Assembly (NCBI GenBank): GCA_963666285.1
Contig: OY762711.1
Length of the DNA: 64,000 nt
Strand: one strand, 5' to 3'
Source of the DNA: Sedimentisphaerales bacterium
GTDB taxonomy: Bacteria; Planctomycetota; Phycisphaerae; Sedimentisphaerales; SM23-30
The notes beneath the pieces are model-generated. The model was not told the origin of the DNA, searched no databases, and saw only the letters and a list, made by a program, of their open reading frames with translations. Of this stretch, positions 42,954 to 53,020 are shown piece by piece. Position numbers and translations under genes: made by a program. Every line of letters starts with the position of its first letter. Positions within the stretch are counted from its first letter, which is position 1.

Positions 42954-43604
42954 ATGGATTTGTCTGAATATAGGAATTTATACAAGAAAAAAGATGCGTC
43001 TCCGGGATGGGATGCTATAAGTTCATGTTTAGAAGAATTGTATCCAGGGCAAAAGCCAATGCATTGGGGAACAGTAATCAGTCATATGCTTGGTGGTCCT
43101 GATCCACTTGATGGAATAAGTGCATATTGGTGTAAAGATATAAGTGGAGATCATCTTCATTTTTGTACGTACGGATATACCTCATTATATTATGATGAAG
43201 ATTCCGTTGGTGGAGATTATAGCCAATATGGATTTGAAATGACATTTCGCCTGGCAAATATACAAAATGATACAAATGAGTTAGTTTGGGTATGTAATTT
43301 ACTTCAAAATATTGCACGGTATGTTTTTGAATCAAACCGCTGGTTTGAGCAATATCATTGGATACCAGCAAATGGTCCGATTTGTTCAGATTGTGATACT
43401 CAGATAGTAGGACTTGCATTTTTGAATGACACAACTTTAAGGCCTATTGATTCCCCACATGGGAGAGTAGAATTTATTCAAGCTTTTGGTGTCACTCAGG
43501 CTGAATTAGATACTTTTAATAATACAAAAGAAACAGTAAAGGAAGTTATTGAATATAATCGAAAAACTAATCCTCTTTTAGTTACAGATTTATTGCGAAA
43601 ATAA
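42954..43604 (+). CDS. Suppressor-of-fused (SUFU) domain protein
   Basis: PGWDAI, LGGPDPLDGIS, HFCTYG, YGFEMTFRL, NIARYVF, SPHGRVEFIQAFGVT. Confidence 0.88.
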   Translation: MDLSEYRNLYKKKDASPGWDAISSCLEELYPGQKPMHWGTVISHMLGGPDPLDGISAYWCKDISGDHLHFCTYGYTSLYYDEDSVGGDYSQYGFEMTFRLANIQNDTNELVWVCNLLQNIARYVFESNRWFEQYHWIPANGPICSDCDTQIVGLAFLNDTTLRPIDSPHGRVEFIQAFGVTQAELDTFNNTKETVKEVIEYNRKTNPLLVTDLLRK

Positions 43605-43667
43605 AGTATGTATATTCATTAATTCATTACTTGCTTTTTATTATTCTCTTTAGATTTTCATAAAATA

Positions 43668-44402
43668 ATGAACATTATTGTCCTTGAGAAATCAGACCAT
43701 CAGCAATTCGATCGATATGTTGTAAATGACTTTCGGCTGGAGCATATCCGCGATATACTGCGGGCGGCACCGGGAAAGACTCTTGAAGTTGGCCTGGTTA
43801 ACGGCCCGCTGGGTATGGCAACTGTCGAGACTATTGACAAAACAAAGGCTGTGCTGAATTGTGAGTTTCGTTCAGAAGTTGAAGAGGCTGGCGCGGCTGT
43901 TGACATTATCTGTGCCTTGCCCAGACCTCAGACATTGAAGAAAGTTTTGCATTCGGCGGCAGCTATGGGGGTAGTTAGTATACATTTTATCCGGTCGAAC
44001 AGAGTTGAGAAAAGTTATTTCGATTCGCCGCTGCTGGAAGAAAGGAAATATCGCAAGTATCTGATCGAAGGCTTAGCGCAGGGAAAGCGAACGAAAATGC
44101 CGAAAGTTGTTTTTTATGATCGGTTCAAACCTTTCTTTGAAGATACACTTCCGAACCTTATCACACCCGATACCCGCAAACTGCTGTTTGATCTTGATGC
44201 CGGGAGTAATCTATTACAGGCGGAGATCAGAGCCGGGCAGTCTGTGGTTCTTGCTCTTGGTCCGGAAGGCGGCTGGGTGCCGTTTGAAATCGAACTCATG
44301 AAGGGGTGCGGTTTTGAGCCGGTAATACTTGGTCCGTGGACACTTCGGGTGGAAAACGCGCTGGTTGCGGCATTAGCACAGCTGGCTCTAGTGTTAGAGT
44401 GA
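43668..44402 (+). CDS. rsmE: 16S rRNA m3U1498 methyltransferase RsmE family
   Basis: HIRDILR, ALPRPQ, LALGPEGGW, LRVENA. Confidence 0.85.
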   Translation: MNIIVLEKSDHQQFDRYVVNDFRLEHIRDILRAAPGKTLEVGLVNGPLGMATVETIDKTKAVLNCEFRSEVEEAGAAVDIICALPRPQTLKKVLHSAAAMGVVSIHFIRSNRVEKSYFDSPLLEERKYRKYLIEGLAQGKRTKMPKVVFYDRFKPFFEDTLPNLITPDTRKLLFDLDAGSNLLQAEIRAGQSVVLALGPEGGWVPFEIELMKGCGFEPVILGPWTLRVENALVAALAQLALVLE

Positions 44403-44421
44403 TTTATATTTGCTGATCCAT

Positions 44422-44616
44422 AGTGCAGTATCGCACTTTTGACTGTTCAACACTATCCGCAAAGTCCGGAACAGGGCCAATTAAGTGAAAAATGAAAAAT
44501 TAAGGTATTCGATTATCGTCTCATGCTTAGTTTTAAATCAAAGTATTGCAAGAAGATACTGTTGGGCGATTTACCAGAGGCACTTCGTTATTGCAACTTA
44601 AAGACAGCGAAAGAAA
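44422..44616. mobile_element. MITE-like element family E, copy 2
   Basis: Homologous to 34946-35157. Confidence 0.7.
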
Positions 44617-44697
44617 ACCCATATTGACTCGGGATTATAGAATGGATACAATCAGATTGAGTACTAAACAGGAAATATAATTTTATTGAGGTTTTCG

Positions 44698-46431
44698 ATG
44701 CTTCGTATCCGCCATATACATGATGCCGCATTGCCGCTTAGCCGGGACAGAATCAACCAGGCAGGTGATATCCTTCGAGAGAATTTTCCGGAGCTTTCCG
44801 ATCGGGCAGACAAGATAGCTGATCTGTTGACAGACCCTTTTGATGCCATGTATCGAACCATTCTCCTGGTAGCAGAATCGAAACTCGGCAAGGTTGTTGG
44901 CTTTTCTCTTATTTTACATTTAAAGGAGATCAACAGTAGTTTCCTGGATTACATAGCGGTAAAAAAAGATATTCGCGGTGGTGGAGTTGGAAGTGCTCTC
45001 TATGAGGCAACCCGTGAATATTGTCAGGCAATAGAGTCGCGTGGTATATATATGGAGGTTGACCCTGACGATCCTGTAATTCCGGTATCAGAAGCTGAGC
45101 TTAGCCAGCGTTGCAAACGTATGCGATTTTATGAAAGTTACGGAGTTTATCCGCTTATTTATAATGACTATCATCTTCCAGTTGGTGAACCGGCAACCTG
45201 TGCTTATCTTTTGTTTGACCCGCTCGGTCGTAAAGAGCCATTAGGCAGGGCGGAAGTTCGGTCGGCTGTAAGATGGATTTTGCAGCGGCGGTTCAGGCAT
45301 GTTGTGGATCAGCCGTATATTGAAAGGGTGGTTGAATCATTTATAGATGACCCGGTAAAGTTAAGGGAGCCGAGATACAAAACTAATATTGAGTCCAAAA
45401 CCAAAGTGTATAAAGGCAAGCTGCAAAAAGCTTTTGTTGCCGTTAGTGACCAGAAACACCAGGTTCATCATGTACGGGCCCGCGGTTATTACGAAAGACC
45501 GGCACGGGTTGACGCAATCAAGGAATCAATAGAATCTTCCGGTTTGTTTACTTGCATAACACCAAATCGCTATAGTGAAGATATAATTCTGAAAGTTCAT
45601 GACAAACATTTTGTGAATTTTCTTAAGACGGTATGTACGAAACTTTCTGCAGATCGTGCGGTATATCCGGACACTTTCCCGATCAGGAGGCCGGACCGCA
45701 GGCCTAAGAATCTTCCAACCCAGGCAGGTTATTATTGTATTGATTCATGTACCCCGCTTGATCGGAATGCGTACGATGCAGCTCGTTCTTCTGTTAATGT
45801 TGCGATGACAGCAGCAGATGAAATTCTTGCCGGTTCCAGGGTAGCTTATGCTATCTGCCGTCCGCCCGGTCATCATGCCGAAAGGCGAGTTTACGGCGGG
45901 TTCTGTTATTTTAATAATGCAGCGATAGCCGCCAGCCATTTATGTGGATATGGCAAGGTTGCAGTTCTGGATCTGGATTATCATCACGGCAACGGTACTC
46001 AGGATATTTTTTATGAGCGTTCTGATGTGCTTACCATTTCCATTCATGGTCATCCGGATTTTTCATTTCCATATTTTAGCGGCTTTTCAAATGAGACCGG
46101 AGATGGGCCTGGTTTGGGTTATAATTTTAACTACCCGCTCGATTCTGGCTCTGATGGACCTGTTTACTTAAAGACGTTGGCAAAGGCATTGGCTGAAATC
46201 AAAAAATTTGCCCCTGATTTTCTTGTTGTATCTCTTGGAATGGATACATTAAAAAATGACCCGACAGGTACTTTTAATCTTACCGCAAATGATATATTTG
46301 AAATTGCGCGAAATCTTGGTGGTTTAAAACTGCCACTGCTAATAGTGCAGGAGGGAGGCTACAATTTAAGAAATTTGAAATCCGGAGTAACCTCGTTTTT
46401 TAATGCACTTGCCGAAACGCTGAGTAGATAG
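44698..46431 (+). CDS. GNAT acetyltransferase fused to Zn-dependent HDAC/acetylpolyamine amidohydrolase domain
   Basis: FLDYIAV..IRGGGVGSALY; RPPGHHA, GFCYFNN, DLDYHHGNGTQ, SLGMD, EGGY. Confidence 0.88.
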   Translation: MLRIRHIHDAALPLSRDRINQAGDILRENFPELSDRADKIADLLTDPFDAMYRTILLVAESKLGKVVGFSLILHLKEINSSFLDYIAVKKDIRGGGVGSALYEATREYCQAIESRGIYMEVDPDDPVIPVSEAELSQRCKRMRFYESYGVYPLIYNDYHLPVGEPATCAYLLFDPLGRKEPLGRAEVRSAVRWILQRRFRHVVDQPYIERVVESFIDDPVKLREPRYKTNIESKTKVYKGKLQKAFVAVSDQKHQVHHVRARGYYERPARVDAIKESIESSGLFTCITPNRYSEDIILKVHDKHFVNFLKTVCTKLSADRAVYPDTFPIRRPDRRPKNLPTQAGYYCIDSCTPLDRNAYDAARSSVNVAMTAADEILAGSRVAYAICRPPGHHAERRVYGGFCYFNNAAIAASHLCGYGKVAVLDLDYHHGNGTQDIFYERSDVLTISIHGHPDFSFPYFSGFSNETGDGPGLGYNFNYPLDSGSDGPVYLKTLAKALAEIKKFAPDFLVVSLGMDTLKNDPTGTFNLTANDIFEIARNLGGLKLPLLIVQEGGYNLRNLKSGVTSFFNALAETLSR

Positions 46432-46749
46432 ATTTAGATATTTTATTCGTAATGGTTGTGATACCAGTTGTTTTTACATAAAAGTTTGTCAGTTGACCCT
46501 CCCAAAACTGCTTCCTTATGTTTCAGAGGGAACAAAGACTGAGGCACTTTTTTGCTTACAGTCTTTTGGGAGCAATCCAGAAATGGAATATTTAAATCCT
46601 GAACTTGCCGAGTTAATTGCTTCTGTTGAGAAAGTTGTAAAGCCATCGAACCAGTGAAACCATGTGAGTCAAAATTAAACTATAACTGATTCAACTAAGC
46701 TGTATTAAGTTATCATAATCGGTTGAGTTAAGAATACATCACTTCTTAC

Positions 46750-48690
46750 TTACTGGATATCCATCCAGTCTTCCCACATGCCTTGCTCGCGTAGTTTTTC
46801 GCGGTGTTTTTCGAACCGGAAGATACGTTTTCGCTGTTTGGTCATATTCTTTTCGATCTTATTCTGGGTCTTGACAAAAAGCTTATCCGCCTGCGGCAAA
46901 GCAATCGGTTCGTTTCTCTTATCGCGGCTTTTCATTCTTATGCGGGTAACTTCCTTTGTCTCGGCGTAACGGAGCAGATCGTCTTTCAGTGAGATATAAA
47001 ACTGGCATTCGCCGGGGTCGCCCTGTCGACCGACTCGGCCGATAAGCTGGTCGTCGAGTCTGCGGACAAACTGTCGGTCAGTACTGAAAAGGAACATGCC
47101 GCCTTTTTCTGCGACTCCTTCGCCCAGTTTGATATCAACACCACGGCCGGCCATATTTGTAATTATCGTAATGCGGCCCATGTGACCGGCCTCCGCGATT
47201 ATCTCAGCTTCGCGGGTGTGGTTTTTGGCATTTAATATATCATGCGGTATATTTATCGAGTCTAAAAGCATGCCCAGGTATTCCGATTCCCGAACAGAAG
47301 CGGTACCAACCAGTATCGGTCTGCCGGTCTGGTGGATGCGTATTATATCTTCAATAAGCGCATTGTGCTTGGCGTCGAGATGCCGGAATATTTTGTCAGG
47401 ATGTTCTTGTCGGATAACAGGTTTGTTCGGCGGGATCTTGATAATCTTCAGTTGGTAAACAGATTTAAATTCCAGTGCATTAGCCATTGCAGTACCGGTC
47501 ATCCCGGCCAGTTTATCGTATTTCCTGAAGAATGTCTGGTATGTTGTTTTAGCCATGCCCTTAACTTCGCCGGTAGGAACGATTCCATTGAATATTTCGA
47601 TTGCCTGGTGGATACCGTCGGGCAGTTGTCGTCCGGGCATAAGTCGTCCGGTATTTTCATCAATCAAAACAATTCGACCGTCTTTAACAACATAATGCTG
47701 ATCAATTTTATATATATTCCTGGCAGCCAGCGCACAGGTAACATAACGCTCCCAGCGGTGACCGGTCGGCAACATCCTCAAGACATTACCGGCATGTGCC
47801 CGTGCAGATGATTTACCTTCATCTTTCAGCTCAACGCTGCGGTCATCGTGCATCAGTCTGAAATGTTTTCCTCTTACCAGCTGACCGGCTACCTGGTTGG
47901 CGCGTTTATATAGTTCCAATTGCGGCGAGACAGAAACATCACCGGCCAGCGATAGCGGACTGCGTGCCTGGTCGATTAGTACGCTGTCAATTTCATCAAT
48001 GATCGCAAAATGATACTGGACATTTAACTTATTGCCATGCTGGGGCCGAAGGATTGTATCGGCCTCGCTCATACGTTTCTGGCGCTGCGGTTCACGCAGG
48101 CTGTCGAATACAATTTCTTTACTGGTAGCATATACAATATCGTTACGATATGCCTGGGAACGTAGAGCCTGGTTTTGGCCGGGCACTATTACCCCGACAG
48201 AAAGTCCGAGCCCGTGCAGCAGCGGTGCCATCCACTGGGCATCACGTGCCGCGAGGTATTCGTTTGATGTAACTATATGGATAGAGCTTCCGACTTTGCC
48301 CAGATGATACAAAAATGCGGCAAGCGGAGCCATCAGAGTTTTACCTTCGCCGGTGTGCATCTCTGCAATACAACCATCATACAGTGCCAGTGTTCCAATC
48401 AGCTGAACATCGTAGTGGCGCATGCCAAGCTTTCGGAAGCTGACTTCGCGGCCAACGGCCAGAGCTTCAGGCAATAATGGCTGAATATTTGCGTTAGCAT
48501 GGGCACGAGTATGCAGTTCGTCGATAAAATGGGTGATTTCATCGTCGCTCATAGCCTTAAATTTATCTTCCAGCTTATTAGCTTTCTCGACTATGCCGCG
48601 ATAAGCTCTCATCTTGTGACTTTGGTATAAGTCCTTATATAGCATATATAAATAATCCATAGGAGCACTATTATCTGGTAATTTTGTCAT
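46750..48690 (-). CDS. Accessory, C-terminally short SecA paralogue
   Basis: MRHYDVQ, MHTGEGKT, NEYLAARD, IDEIDSVLID, GMTGTA, TNMAGRGVDI, QLIGRVGRQGDPG; only 646 aa. Confidence 0.88.
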   Translation of the reverse strand: MTKLPDNSAPMDYLYMLYKDLYQSHKMRAYRGIVEKANKLEDKFKAMSDDEITHFIDELHTRAHANANIQPLLPEALAVGREVSFRKLGMRHYDVQLIGTLALYDGCIAEMHTGEGKTLMAPLAAFLYHLGKVGSSIHIVTSNEYLAARDAQWMAPLLHGLGLSVGVIVPGQNQALRSQAYRNDIVYATSKEIVFDSLREPQRQKRMSEADTILRPQHGNKLNVQYHFAIIDEIDSVLIDQARSPLSLAGDVSVSPQLELYKRANQVAGQLVRGKHFRLMHDDRSVELKDEGKSSARAHAGNVLRMLPTGHRWERYVTCALAARNIYKIDQHYVVKDGRIVLIDENTGRLMPGRQLPDGIHQAIEIFNGIVPTGEVKGMAKTTYQTFFRKYDKLAGMTGTAMANALEFKSVYQLKIIKIPPNKPVIRQEHPDKIFRHLDAKHNALIEDIIRIHQTGRPILVGTASVRESEYLGMLLDSINIPHDILNAKNHTREAEIIAEAGHMGRITIITNMAGRGVDIKLGEGVAEKGGMFLFSTDRQFVRRLDDQLIGRVGRQGDPGECQFYISLKDDLLRYAETKEVTRIRMKSRDKRNEPIALPQADKLFVKTQNKIEKNMTKQRKRIFRFEKHREKLREQGMWEDWMDIQ

Positions 48691-48838
48691 AAAATCAAAT
48701 GAAAACAGTTGGCAATTCCCTGTAAAACATGTTTGGGCCCTCCAGAAATGTCTTTACATTCGGCTCCAATTTTGTACAATGACCCATTTGCTGACTTAAA
48801 CACCAAATAGACAGCCTATAATAAACAGGAGAATTACA

Positions 48839-49252
48839 ATGGGCGCATCAAAAGAAGTAGAAGTAGGTTTGAACTTTACCCCTAAGTTTGACGCAAATGG
48901 ATTGATCCCGGCAATAGCCCAGGATGCCGACAGCGGTCAGGTACTTATGGTGGCATATATGAACAACGAAGCACTGGCAGAGACTGTTAAGCTTGGTCGT
49001 GCTGTTTACTATAGCCGCAGCCGTAATAAGCTATGGCGTAAAGGCGAAGAATCCGGCCATGTTCAGACAGTAAAAGAAATTCTGGTTGATTGCGATCAGG
49101 ACTGTTTGATCTTAAAGGTCACTGTTGACCAGGGCCAGTGTCATGTAGGTTACCAGTCATGTTTTTACCGCCGTGTCAAACCCGGCACAGAAGCTGAACT
49201 GGAATTTATTGCCGAGCCGGTTTATGACCCGAATGAGGTATATAAGAAATAA
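48839..49252 (+). CDS. hisI: Phosphoribosyl-AMP cyclohydrolase
   Basis: YYSRSR..LWRKGEESG, DCDQD, CHVGYQSCFY. Confidence 0.95.
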   Translation: MGASKEVEVGLNFTPKFDANGLIPAIAQDADSGQVLMVAYMNNEALAETVKLGRAVYYSRSRNKLWRKGEESGHVQTVKEILVDCDQDCLILKVTVDQGQCHVGYQSCFYRRVKPGTEAELEFIAEPVYDPNEVYKK

Positions 49253-49280
49253 ATATTTTTGCGATTTGTATTTGGAAAAG

Positions 49281-49318
49281 AGCAGCCGGAGTAAAATTTT
49301 GCCCCGGCTGTTTTTTTA
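49281..49318 (+). terminator. Rho-independent terminator between convergent genes
   Basis: CAGCCGG...CCGGCTG followed by a T-run. Confidence 0.7.
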
Positions 49319-49355
49319 TATGATAATATTTGAAAGATCATTTGTATTTTGCTTA

Positions 49356-50321
49356 TTACCATTTAGCCCGAATTTTATCCATAGTTTTCTGGATTTCCAG
49401 GCTTTCAGCCAGCGGCATGATATCACTGTCAAGCATCCCTTTTTTTATGCAATTGGCCACATGGTCGGCTTCGTAAAATAAACCGATACCAGGGTTAGCA
49501 AATTCAAAAGTCTTGTCCTGTTTTCTATTCATTCTTAATGAGAGATTGGTCGGACAGGAGAACTTTTCGTTTACAATGATCATTCCTTTTTCACCGTATA
49601 TCCTGGCCTGCTGTTTATAGGATACCTTACTACTGCAGCCTAGTATCGCGAATTCAGTTTCATCGTATTCAAAAGTTAAAGCGGTATGATCATCAACACC
49701 TTTAGAATGAAAAGAAGCGGCACAGAAAATCTTTTTCGGCTGTTTGCCGTATATCATTGAAGCGAGAGCGACAGGATATATTCCCAGATCGAGCAGGGCG
49801 CCGCCGCCGAGTTCCGGGTTGAAGATACGATGTTCAGGTCCAGCATCAAACTTCACTCCGAAGTCAGCTTCAACTGTCATAATTTTTCCAACTTTATCTT
49901 CAGCTAATAATTTGCGAAGTTTTGCCATTGCCGGGAAAAATCTAGTCCACATAGCTTCCATGAGAAAGACATTGTTTTTCTTGGCGGCAGCTATAAGTTT
50001 TTTTAACTGGCCGGCACTAACCGTTATAGGTTTTTCGCAAAGAACATGTTTGCCGGCATTGATCGCCAGCATAGAATTTTCCATATGGAATGGATGGGGA
50101 GTAGCTACGTAAACGACATCAACTTCCGGGTCTTCAACTAACTGCTGATAACTGTTGTATGCTTTTGGAGATTTATATTGTTTTGCAAATTTGTTTGCTT
50201 TTTCTTGGCTGCGAGAAGCAACAGTTGTCAGCTCACAGTATTTTGTTAAAGGCAGATCGCCTGCAAACGAACCTGCAATATTGCCGCAACCCATAATGCC
50301 AAACCTGATTTTTTTTGCCAT
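49356..50321 (-). CDS. Gfo/Idh/MocA family oxidoreductase
   Basis: GIMGCGNIA, YVATPH, KHVLCEKP, GGGALLDLGIY. Confidence 0.92.
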   Translation of the reverse strand: MAKKIRFGIMGCGNIAGSFAGDLPLTKYCELTTVASRSQEKANKFAKQYKSPKAYNSYQQLVEDPEVDVVYVATPHPFHMENSMLAINAGKHVLCEKPITVSAGQLKKLIAAAKKNNVFLMEAMWTRFFPAMAKLRKLLAEDKVGKIMTVEADFGVKFDAGPEHRIFNPELGGGALLDLGIYPVALASMIYGKQPKKIFCAASFHSKGVDDHTALTFEYDETEFAILGCSSKVSYKQQARIYGEKGMIIVNEKFSCPTNLSLRMNRKQDKTFEFANPGIGLFYEADHVANCIKKGMLDSDIMPLAESLEIQKTMDKIRAKW

Positions 50322-50468
50322 GCTAAATCCTTTTCTGATATCAAAAAATATTTCTACATATATTCAATTAGTTCATAGTTAAAATGATATCCAGTACAAA
50401 ATAATATATCCATAATATAATTACAAATACTATATATTGTTCGAATTTTATTAGTCAGAATGGGAAGT

Positions 50469-50635
50469 GAAGGCAACTTTGAAAATTCATTTTAAGCGAC
50501 TTGTTTTTCTTTTGCCTGCTGACATGCGTCACATAAAACAGTGAATATATCCCAACATGCACGATTTTATGTTCTTTGCCAGCAACCAAAATTTTAATCT
50601 ATCGCATCAAAAGCAATTTCCAGCGGTCACCTTAA
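50469..50635. mobile_element. MITE-like element family F, copy 2
   Basis: Homologous to 37251-37420. Confidence 0.7.
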
Positions 50636-50640
50636 AATAA

Positions 50641-50670
50641 AAAGCATGGCTTGTGTTATTGCCATGCTTT
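50641..50670 (-). terminator. Terminator of the ECF sigma operon
   Basis: AAAGCATGGC...GCCATGCTTT. Confidence 0.65.
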
Positions 50671-50746
50671 CTTTTTGAGGAATACCGGACTGTATATTGT
50701 ATTGCATGGTATTCCTGCTCGATTGAAAAGAAGTTAAGTTATGAAC

Positions 50747-51676
50747 TTAATTTATATCCAGTTCTCCTTCAGATTTAGTGTCAGGTAATCTGTGACAGAA
50801 CCAGTCAGGAGGAAGCTGGTCTGTGTTTTTTAATGTAATTACCATGTTGTATTTTTTTGTTTCAAAAGAAACGTTGATACAAAACAATTTCTTTATCTGG
50901 CCGTTGTCAGGATCTACCCATAAATCTATTCTTTCGGGCAGTCTTAGTGCCGGAATATTTTTCTTAAAAGCTACATAATACAATCCGGTCATGTTGCCAA
51001 TATTGTCCCTGCCGCGTGTGACTTTGTATTTATTACACATAACATTCAATAGTTCGCCGATATCGACAAACAGTAAATCAGTTACACCCTCAGGTACGAC
51101 CCTGTGAATTGAACCTGGCTTGGAAAACTTCCTGGGTTCAGCTTTGTCTGACCGCCATTTATTGGTGCCGTCAAATCCGTTATATATAAGAGTACCATCT
51201 TTCAAAGTTCGTTCCAACACATATTGGTTGCCACGAACATATAAAGTGGCACCGTTTATTTCACGCATGGTTTTTATATTGCGAATGTCAAGCCTGGTTG
51301 GCTTATTATTCTCGTTTGAATCGATGTTTTGTATTTTATGGATTGTTATTTCATATGTCTGGTCGCAAGTGCTGAACCGTTTCATAATATTATCGAAATC
51401 GGCATAGACATTGTCCGGGTTAGAAAAAAGGAAGCTAAGCCCAATGATAATCAATAAACCGGCAGCCATAGAAGTCGCAACCTTTAGCCAGGTATGATGC
51501 CATATGCCGGATGAATGCTTTATACTAAGATAGACATTATCAACTCGGCGGCTGACAGATTCAGGGGTGTCGTGATACCGGCTTATCAGCATTGCGTGAA
51601 CCAGTCGCAGCTGAGCTTCATGAAGAGAGTCGAAATCTTCCGGGTTTGTGTTGTCTTGTATATTTTCGTTTTCCAT
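50747..51676 (-). CDS. Putative single-pass anti-sigma factor
   Basis: Directly downstream of the ECF sigma; one TM helix followed by a beta-rich, possibly LolA-like domain. Confidence 0.65.
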   Translation of the reverse strand: MENENIQDNTNPEDFDSLHEAQLRLVHAMLISRYHDTPESVSRRVDNVYLSIKHSSGIWHHTWLKVATSMAAGLLIIIGLSFLFSNPDNVYADFDNIMKRFSTCDQTYEITIHKIQNIDSNENNKPTRLDIRNIKTMREINGATLYVRGNQYVLERTLKDGTLIYNGFDGTNKWRSDKAEPRKFSKPGSIHRVVPEGVTDLLFVDIGELLNVMCNKYKVTRGRDNIGNMTGLYYVAFKKNIPALRLPERIDLWVDPDNGQIKKLFCINVSFETKKYNMVITLKNTDQLPPDWFCHRLPDTKSEGELDIN

Positions 51677-51705
51677 ATAATTTGAATTTCGATGTTTACG
51701 AAATA

Positions 51706-52257
51706 TTATTTCCCTGACGCTTCAACCGAATCACTGAACAATCGGTTACGTTTCAAACATTCTGCCAGCATAGCCCTGGCCCGTTGTAATCTTTTTTTTA
51801 CGGCTTCGCGAGATGCTTCCATAATTTCGGCAATCTCTTCTGTTTTATGTTCTTCTTTATAATGCAGCTGAATGGTCATCCGGAAATTTTCCGGCAGTTT
51901 ATTTATGCATTTTTCTAACACCTCGGTTTTATCTTCCCAGGTATCTCCGGTTTTCGACTCGACAATAATCATCTCATTTTCGATATGTGTCAGTACGGTT
52001 TCTTCACAGTAAATAGGTTTTTTCTTTTGCTTACTGTAGTATGACAATATCAGTTTGTGTGCAATTCCTCTGAGCCATCGAGCGAACGGGCGGCTGCGAT
52101 CGTAATCAGCCAGTTTCCGCCAGGCTGTTACCATTGTTTCCTGGTAGATATCGTCAACTATGCTTTGGTCATCTATCGATGCCCGTATATATGCCAGCAG
52201 CATCGAACTGTTTTCACTCACTAAAACAGCGAAGAGGTCTTTTGAATTTCGGTCCAT
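51706..52257 (-). CDS. ECF-type RNA polymerase sigma factor
   Basis: VDDIYQET..AW, FARWLRGIA, CINKLP, EEIAE..AVKKRLQRAR. Confidence 0.92.
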   Translation of the reverse strand: MDRNSKDLFAVLVSENSSMLLAYIRASIDDQSIVDDIYQETMVTAWRKLADYDRSRPFARWLRGIAHKLILSYYSKQKKKPIYCEETVLTHIENEMIIVESKTGDTWEDKTEVLEKCINKLPENFRMTIQLHYKEEHKTEEIAEIMEASREAVKKRLQRARAMLAECLKRNRLFSDSVEASGK

Positions 52258-52676
52258 ATCTTACTCTTTACTACCACTTGTGAATGATTATACAATATTA
52301 TATGAAAAATATTTTCATATAATATCTTGCAAAACAATACTTTAGGTCAATAAGCCTGTCGGTTTCATTCACATTGTGCATCAGAGCCCTCTTGTACCGG
52401 CTCTTATTCACACTTTCCACATTTATACTTGGTAAACATTATGTTATAGGGGACAAAAAACTATAAAATTCATTTCTAGCCGTTTGTTATGCTAAGGTAT
52501 TGAAAACAAGAAACTTAAGTTGTGGTTTTGCTTATAGTTTCAATATTGCAGACATAATATTAGCTCATATACAAACAGCATACTACATAATAAACGAAAA
52601 TTATGACAGGTATATTTCAATATTTATCTGTCCCCGGTCTGCCTGGTTATACCAACTAATAACAGATATTATTATG

Positions 52677-52855
52677 AGTGCGGTATCGCACTTTTGACTG
52701 TTCATCATTACACGCAAAGGAAGGAACAGGGCCAATTAAGTGAAAAATTAAAAATTAAGGTATTCGACTATCGTCTCATACTTAGTTTTAAATCGAAGTA
52801 TTGCAGGAAGGCCCTTTTATGCGTTTTTTGCAACTTAAAAACTGCGAAAGTAAAC
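52677..52855. mobile_element. MITE-like element family E, copy 3
   Basis: Homologous to 34946-35157. Confidence 0.7.
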
Positions 52856-52961
52856 TATGACTTATTCCACTATATTCGTTTTTTCTCTAAAAAACGAATC
52901 CACACAATTGGCGAGATTATATATATCTCGCCTTTTTTATTTATGGCAACTGTTTATACAT

Positions 52962-52995
52962 AAAAAAAGTACGCTTCAATTAAAAGCGTACTTTG
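52962..52995 (-). terminator. Rho-independent terminator
   Basis: AAAGTACGCTT...AAGCGTACTTT preceded by an A-run. Confidence 0.7.
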
Positions 52996-53020
52996 AATTT
53001 GAACAAAATATTGATAATGT

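Noticed and set aside
46443..46646. Small ORF MALQLSQQKQL... resembling a sigma-54 N-terminus
   Set aside because: Similarity is limited to a few Gln/Leu residues and there is no clear RBS
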